A DNA stretch of 28,047 nt from positions 1-28,047 of the forward strand of contig NW_021834142.1 in NCBI RefSeq assembly GCF_006345805.1. The letters are read 5' to 3'. Positions 22,199 to 28,047 of the stretch are shown here, piece by piece. Position 1 is the stretch's first letter; each line of letters starts with the position of its first letter. The position numbers and the translations under genes are program-made. The notes beneath the pieces were generated by a model. It saw nothing but the letters and a program-made list of their open reading frames with translations, was not told where the DNA came from and did not search any database. This stretch comes from Octopus sinensis. Lineage: Eukaryota.

Positions 22199-22200
<2 letters not shown>
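21991..22200 (-). mobile_element. Family B SINE, diverged full-length copy between (AAT)n and (AAG)n
   Basis: Tail TAGGCACAGAGCCTGAAATTTTGG, central domain, head ..TTCTGTCGGCTTGCTGCCTTA. Confidence 0.8.
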
Positions 22201-22229
<29 letters not shown>

Positions 22230-22248
22230 AAGAAGAAGAAGAAGAAGA

Positions 22249-22440
22249 ATTTTAACACATGGCCAGCAGTTTTGAGCGATGGGGGGAAAGCGATTACGTC
22301 GACCTCAGTACATAACGGGTAATTTATTTCATCAACCTCCCCCCCAAAGAGATGGAAGGCAAAGTTGGCCTCGGAGGATATTTCACCGTAAAACGTAACG
22401 CGGGAAGAAATACCACTAAGCATTTTTTTCAACGCTCTAT
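22249..22440 (-). mobile_element. Old family B SINE copy
   Basis: Degenerate matches (GGCCAGCAGTTTT, GATTACGTCGACCTCAGTAC, GGAAGGCAAAGTTGGCCTCGG, CACTAAGCATTTT). Confidence 0.6.
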
Positions 22441-22450
22441 AGATTCTTTC

Positions 22451-22638
<188 letters not shown>

Positions 22639-22869
22639 TAAAGCGGTGTACAATATTAGTAAAACTCATCATGACACTTTCCGGCAAGATCTACTTATAG
22701 CAAAATACTAAAGCTAAATGTTAGCAATAACAATTATCATTATAGTCATACACATCATCATGACAATAGCAAACAAACGTATACCTCGTTGACTTCTTGG
22801 ATATCTTTGTGTAGCTGTATTGATGTGGAATATAAAATAACAACATATAGAGTGGAGGTCGATATAAAT

Positions 22870-23201
22870 CATAGGTTCTCAAAGCGGGCGCTACGGTCCC
22901 CCCGTTGGGTCGTTGAGACGGCGCAGGTGGGCGTTGGTGAATAAGGCGGTGGCGAAGGGAGAGGAAAAGGAGGCGTTGGGAGGAAGGCAGCGAACTGGGG
23001 GACGCTATGAATTTATTATAATGTTATTGTAGTATGGTGTAGAAATTATATAATATTATATTAAATATCAAATGATTCATAGTATATATGAATTAGGTAA
23101 AATATGAAATATTTATTTATACATAAAAATAGGGGTGGGGACGCTGAGGGGATTATGTGGCCCTGAGGGGGGCCGTGGCCCAAAATGTTTGAGAACCTCT
23201 G
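22870..23201. mobile_element. Non-autonomous hAT-type DNA transposon (MITE), 332 bp
   Basis: TIRs CATAGGTTCTCAAA (22870-22883) and TTTGAGAACCTCTG (23188-23201), 13/14 complementary. Perfect 8-bp TSD ATATAAAT at 22862-22869 and 23202-23209. An 8-bp TSD with CAG-type TIRs is characteristic of hAT. Confidence 0.85.
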
Positions 23202-23225
23202 ATATAAATAAACACACACACGTGA

Positions 23226-23287
<62 letters not shown>

Positions 23288-23433
23288 TACACTCACACGC
23301 TCATATATATATATATACATGCATACATACATATAGACAAATCGAAAATAAAAACAAAAACAACGTACACAGCGAATGTATTAGGTTGACGTTCAGTTGT
23401 TCACGATGGAAAAAAAGAAAGAGGAGCGGTGAT

Positions 23434-23458
23434 GTTTCGAGCATTGACTCTTCGTCAG
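23434..23458 (-). ncRNA. Isolated hammerhead core remnant (no stem I)
   Basis: Minus strand CTGACGA-A-GAG-TCAATG-CTC-GAAAC-ATC; flanks do not pair to form stem I. Confidence 0.3.
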
Positions 23459-24002
23459 AAAGAGGAAAGAAAAAATAGTGCGGAGAGAAGGAAAAGAATA
23501 ATTGCAGAAATTATGCACGTGTGTGGTTACATGGCGATATAAACGATAAAGATATTGATTAAAAGAGAATTCATTTAGTGTAAATATGTCAGTGAGTAAA
23601 CTAATTATTTACAACAACGCTTGTTTTCCCAGGAAATATTTTAAAAAATGTAGGAATAAAATTTTATGTTCTCTATCTATTGTGTTCATTATTTTACATA
23701 TCTTTTTTTTTTTATAAAAAGCAATTTGAATCGTTTTCAGAATTCTTCTGATGCAACGCTTCTAAACGAATCAATATTCTTGGACCAATGGAAAATTGTT
23801 AGTAATTTCTTCAAAATGCAGAAAATGTAAGCAATCGTGTTAATGTTATATTATTCCGTTTTTACGCAACCACCCGACTAAGACCGATTACTCGGAATAC
23901 AAACACGTACGCGCACACGCACACACACACATACATGTACACATATATATATACATACACAGACACGCACAGGTATATATGCAAATACAGACATACATAG
24001 AT

Positions 24003-24386
24003 GGTACTCCGTCGTTTACGACGGCGAGGGTTCGAGTTGATCCGATCAACAGAAACAGCCTGCTCGTGAAATTAACGTGCAAGTGGTTGAGCACTCCACA
24101 GACACGTGTACCCTTAATGTAGTTATCGGGGATTTTCCGCGTGACACAGAGTGTGACACGGCTGGGCCCTTTGAATTACAGGCACAACAGAAACAGGAAG
24201 AAAGAGTGAGAGAAAGTTGTGGTAAAAGAATACAGCAGGGTTCGCCACCACCCCCCTGCCGGAGCCTCGTGGAGCTCTAGTTGTTTTTCGCTCAATAAAC
24301 ACTCACAACGCCCGGTCTGGGAATCGAAACCGCAATCCTATGACAGCAAGCTCGCTGCCCCAACGACTGGGCCATTGCGCCTCCAC
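24003..24386 (-). mobile_element. tRNA-derived SINE family C, full length
   Basis: The reverse complement starts GTGGAGGCGCAATGGCCCAGTCG (box A-like) ... GGTTTCGATTCCCAG (box B-like); the 3' part is shared with 20312-20490. Confidence 0.85.
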
Positions 24387-24412
24387 ACAAACATATATGT
24401 ACACATCAAATA

Positions 24413-24589
24413 TACAGGCGTGGCTGTGTGGTAAGTAGCTTGCTTACCAGCCATATGGTTCCGGGTTCAGTCCCACTGCATGGCACCCTAGACAAGTGTC
24501 TTGTACTATAGCCTCGAGCCGACCAAAGCGGATTTGGTAGACGGAAACTGAAAGGAGCCATCGTTATGTGTATATATATATATAGTATA

Positions 24590-24659
<70 letters not shown>

Positions 24660-24898
24660 ACATATATATATATGGCGGGGTTGTGTGTCTGTGTTTGTAC
24701 CCCCAACATCGCTTGACAACCGCTGTTGGTGTGTTTACGTCCCCGTAACTTAGCGGTTCAGCTTAAGAGGCCGATAGAGTAAGTACTAGGCTTACAAAGA
24801 ATAAGTCCTGGGGTCGATTTGTTCGACTAAAGGCTGTGCTCCAGCATGGCCGCAGTCAAATGACTGAAACAAATAAAATTGTAAAAGAATTAAAGAAT
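24413..24898 (+). mobile_element. SINE family A, full-length copy with central (TA)n
   Basis: TGGCTGTGTGG box A-like, GGGTTCAGTCCC box B-like, both halves and the tail present. Confidence 0.88.
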
Positions 24899-24958
24899 AT
24901 GTAAATATGTCTGTGCGTGTATGCTTATATATACACACACATATTTATATTATAAATA

Positions 24959-24991
<33 letters not shown>

Positions 24992-25168
24992 TATATATAG
25001 AGAGAGAGAGGGAGAGAAAGAGAGGAGGAGAGAGTGATAAAGAAAGAGTGAGAGAGAGAAAGAGAGAGAGATAACCAACATACGTTGACATACAAAGCAG
25101 CTTATGTTGTTAGCTGTGAGATTAACAGAAAAGTCGTCCTGTGCTGATTATAAAGCAGGAACAGCAAA

Positions 25169-25199
<31 letters not shown>

Positions 25200-25731
25200 A
25201 TATATAAAATAAAGAGATAAAAAAGAAAGGAAATCAACAAACGAAAAAAATAGCAGTGGAAAACAATAGTAGCAACAACAACAACAACAAGATAAATGAA
25301 AGATTAACTGAAAACCAGGATTTCATTTTTTGCTACAATTTATTGAGGAATCATGTAAGCAGGTTTTGGAATGTAGCCAGCAGTCGTATGAATTGGCTTT
25401 TGTTTTTTCCACGGTAAGCTATGGAAACTAGCGACCTGTGACCAAAAGTCTTGTGTTGTTCTTTGTTTGTTTTTACTTTGCTTTTAAGACTAAGTATACC
25501 ATGGGCTTTTTTTTTTGTCTTTTCCCGTACTTTTAAGATTAAATACATCCAATGTGTTCGTTTCAGCAATCGTGCTTTCACTTAACACATGGATGCGTTA
25601 CCAATAACTTCTTTTTTTTTTTCTTTCAGTTATGATGATGATGGCCTGTGAGCAAAATGAGGGAAGATTAGCTAGCGTGTCTAACAAGACGGGTAACCGC
25701 GAGAAACTTGATGGTATTGCTTTTGTTGATG

Positions 25732-26131
25732 TTTTACTTGTTTCAGTCATTTGACTGCGGCCATGCTGGAGCATCGCCTTTAGTCGAATAAAATCGACCC
25801 CAGGACTCATTCTTTTGTAAGCCTAGTACATACTCTATCGGTCTCCTTTACCGAACCGCTAAGTTACGGGGACGTAAACGCACCAGCATCGGTTGTCAAG
25901 AGATGTTGGGGGAACAAACACAGACACACAAACATATACATACACACATATACATATGCATATTATACGACGGGCTTCTTTCAGTTTCCGTCTACCAAAT
26001 CCACTCACAAGGCTTTGGTCGGCGCGGGGATATAGTAGAAGACACTTCTTCCCCCAAGGTGCCACGCAGTGGGACTGAACCCGGAGCCATGTGGTTGGTA
26101 AGCAAGCTACTTACCACACAGCCAAGCCACG
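25732..26131 (-). mobile_element. SINE family A, full-length copy
   Basis: Reverse complement collinear with the 19915 and 24413 copies. Confidence 0.88.
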
Positions 26132-26289
26132 AAGACTTCATTCCTGGTTTACATTGGATAAAAGATCTAAAAGGAATTCATATTTATGGGGTCGTAGAAA
26201 TATGTTCTCTGCTGAGAAAGCTTATAAATGCATAACTAGACTGAATTTGATGTTATTTGTATGTAGGGGAAAGGTAATACATACATGAA

Positions 26290-26510
26290 CGCACGTGCAT
26301 ATGTGCATTTATATCTATATACAAATGTACATATATATGTATGTATATACACGTGTGTGTATATGTGTATATATGTGTGTGTATATATATATATATATAT
26401 ATCCACATCTTGTATGTATGTGTGTATGTATATATATATATATATATATCTATTTATATAGATATATATCATATATATATAATAGTGTATATATATATAT
26501 ATATATATAT

Positions 26511-26549
<39 letters not shown>

Positions 26550-26700
26550 ATTATATATAATACATAGTATGTATGTTATATATATATGTATGTATGTATG
26601 TTATAATATATATTATATATAGATATATATATATAATATATATCTATATATATATTATATATATAATTATATATAATATATATATATATATATATTATAT
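26290..26700. repeat. Degenerate (TA)n microsatellite
   Basis: Directly visible. Confidence 0.95.
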
Positions 26701-26789
26701 TGCAATATTCATGAGATCGAATTCAGATGAATCAATCGTTTTGGGGTTTTGTTTTTCTTATGTTGTTTTTTTTTTTTTTTTTGTTTGTG

Positions 26790-26962
26790 CAAAGATAGAC
26801 TTAAAGAGGAAAAGAACACAAAAAAGGAAGCAGTATGGAAGGAGAAAAAATTCTGCAGTCAGTTTGCAAGAGATACGAACGCCAAGACAGATATGGATGA
26901 AGAGGAGTGACCTGAAGATGGGGAGAGAAGCACTGACATGCGCAGACAAGAACAAGAGTTAA
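26790..26962 (+). pseudogene. R4/Dong-clade non-LTR retrotransposon ORF remnant (post-RT region)
   Basis: VWKEKKFCSQFARD.. then, after a frameshift, WMKRSDLKMGREALTCA-QEQEL. This resembles the WKEKxxxGQFxR...WxWMxKSDLKxETEALICAAQEQAL pattern I recall for this clade. Confidence 0.6.
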
Positions 26963-27236
26963 GCATTCCAATATAGTTTTAACATCATTAACTGGAATCG
27001 TACAGAACTCCAACGCCTGGACAGGAAGACAAGAAATCTACTAACATCTAGGAACTTGCATCACCCAAAAGGAGACGTTGATCGTTTGTACCTATCCAGA
27101 AGTAATGGGGGAAAAGGAACGATGCAGGTAGAACTGTGCTACAAGACCTCCTCAGTAACAATGAACAAATATTTATCTCGTAGAGGACTGGATAATGTGG
27201 CTTGTGTGCAAATACGAAAAGAGCAAAACTTCATAT
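26963..27236 (+). pseudogene. R4/Dong-clade RT remnant (end of RT/thumb), interrupted by the SINE array
   Basis: QYSFNIINWNRTELQRLDRKTRNLLTSRNLHHPKGDVDRLYLSRSNGGKGTMQVELCYK..MNKYL, then after a frameshift DWIMWLVCKYEKSKTSYS. YSF..INW..LDRKTR..HHPK.DVDRLY..R..GG.G is the characteristic R4/Dong motif. Confidence 0.82.
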
Positions 27237-28047
27237 TCTTATTTCTTTATTACCCACATGAGGCTAAACATAGAGGGGACAAACAAGGACGGACAAACGG
27301 ATTAAGTCAATTACATCGACCCCAGTGTGCGTAACTGGTACTTAATTTATCGACCCCGAAAGGATGAAAGGCAAAGTCGACCTCGGCGGAATTTGAACTC
27401 AGAACGTAACGGCAGATGAAATACCTATTTCTTTATTACCCACAAGGGGCTAAACATAGAGGGGACAAACAAGGACAGACAAACGGATTAAGTCAATTAC
27501 ATCGACCCCAGTGTGTGTAACTGGTACTTAATTTATCGACCCCGAAAGGATGAAAGGCAAAGTCGACCTCGGCGGAATTTGAACTCAGAACGTAACGGCA
27601 GATGAAATACCTATTTCTTTATTACCCACAAGGGGCTAAACATAGAGAGGACAAACAAGGACAGACAAACGGATTAAGTCAATTACATCGACCCCAGTGT
27701 GTGTAACTGGTACTTAATTTATCGACCCCGAAAGGATGAAAGGCAAAGTCGACCTCGGCGGAATTTGAACTCAGAACGTAACGGCAGATGAAATGCCTAT
27801 TTCTTTATTACCCACAAGGGGCTAAACATAGAGAGGACAAACAAGGACAGACAAACGGATTAAGTCAATTACATCGACCCCAGTGTGTGTAACTGGTACT
27901 TAATTTATCGACTCCGAAAGGATGAAAGGCAAAGTCGACCTCGGCGGAATTTGAACTCAGAACGTAACGGCAGATGAAATGCCTATTTCTTTATTACCCA
28001 CAAGGGGCTAAACATAGAGAGGACAAACAAGGACAGACAAACGGATT
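27237..28047 (-). repeat. 186-bp tandem array of headless family B SINE units (at least 4.3 copies, runs off the window)
   Basis: ATTTCTTTATTACCC at 27241, 27427, 27613, 27799 and 27985; the unit is the reverse complement of the 15361-15545 unit. Confidence 0.95.

Noticed and set aside
25319-25713. Plus-strand exon candidates (FHFLLQFIEESCKQVLECSQQSYELAFVFST, 25319-25413, donor GTAAGC; strong acceptor at 25629)
   Set aside because: The first has no pyrimidine tract, and joining it to the second gives an immediate stop (TTA TGA). No homology recognised.

Overview
This is repeat-saturated eukaryotic (animal) genomic DNA, most likely from an octopod cephalopod. That assignment is an inference from the extreme microsatellite load and from SINE families that match my recollection of Octopus repeats. 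No protein-coding gene can be named. Almost all ORFs in the track are translations of simple repeats. The only recognisable protein remnants are non-LTR retrotransposon fragments: two RTE-clade 3' ends (one with a 9-bp TSD) and two R4/Dong-clade RT pieces in non-collinear order. The window also holds three tRNA-derived SINE families (about 20 copies or fragments, some nested, some amplified into 167-bp and 185/186-bp tandem arrays), a 332-bp hAT-type MITE with a perfect 8-bp TSD, a ~555-bp unclassified repeat sitting in (AAT)n tracts, and two near-identical local duplications that may be assembly artefacts. The most interesting signals are RNA-structural: a type I hammerhead ribozyme fold on the minus strand (1634-1707) at the tip of a long foldback, a second bare hammerhead core (23434-23458), and a degenerate HDV-like ribozyme topology (20506-20566). 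A few splice-bounded open segments may be exons of a host gene, but this is weakly supported.
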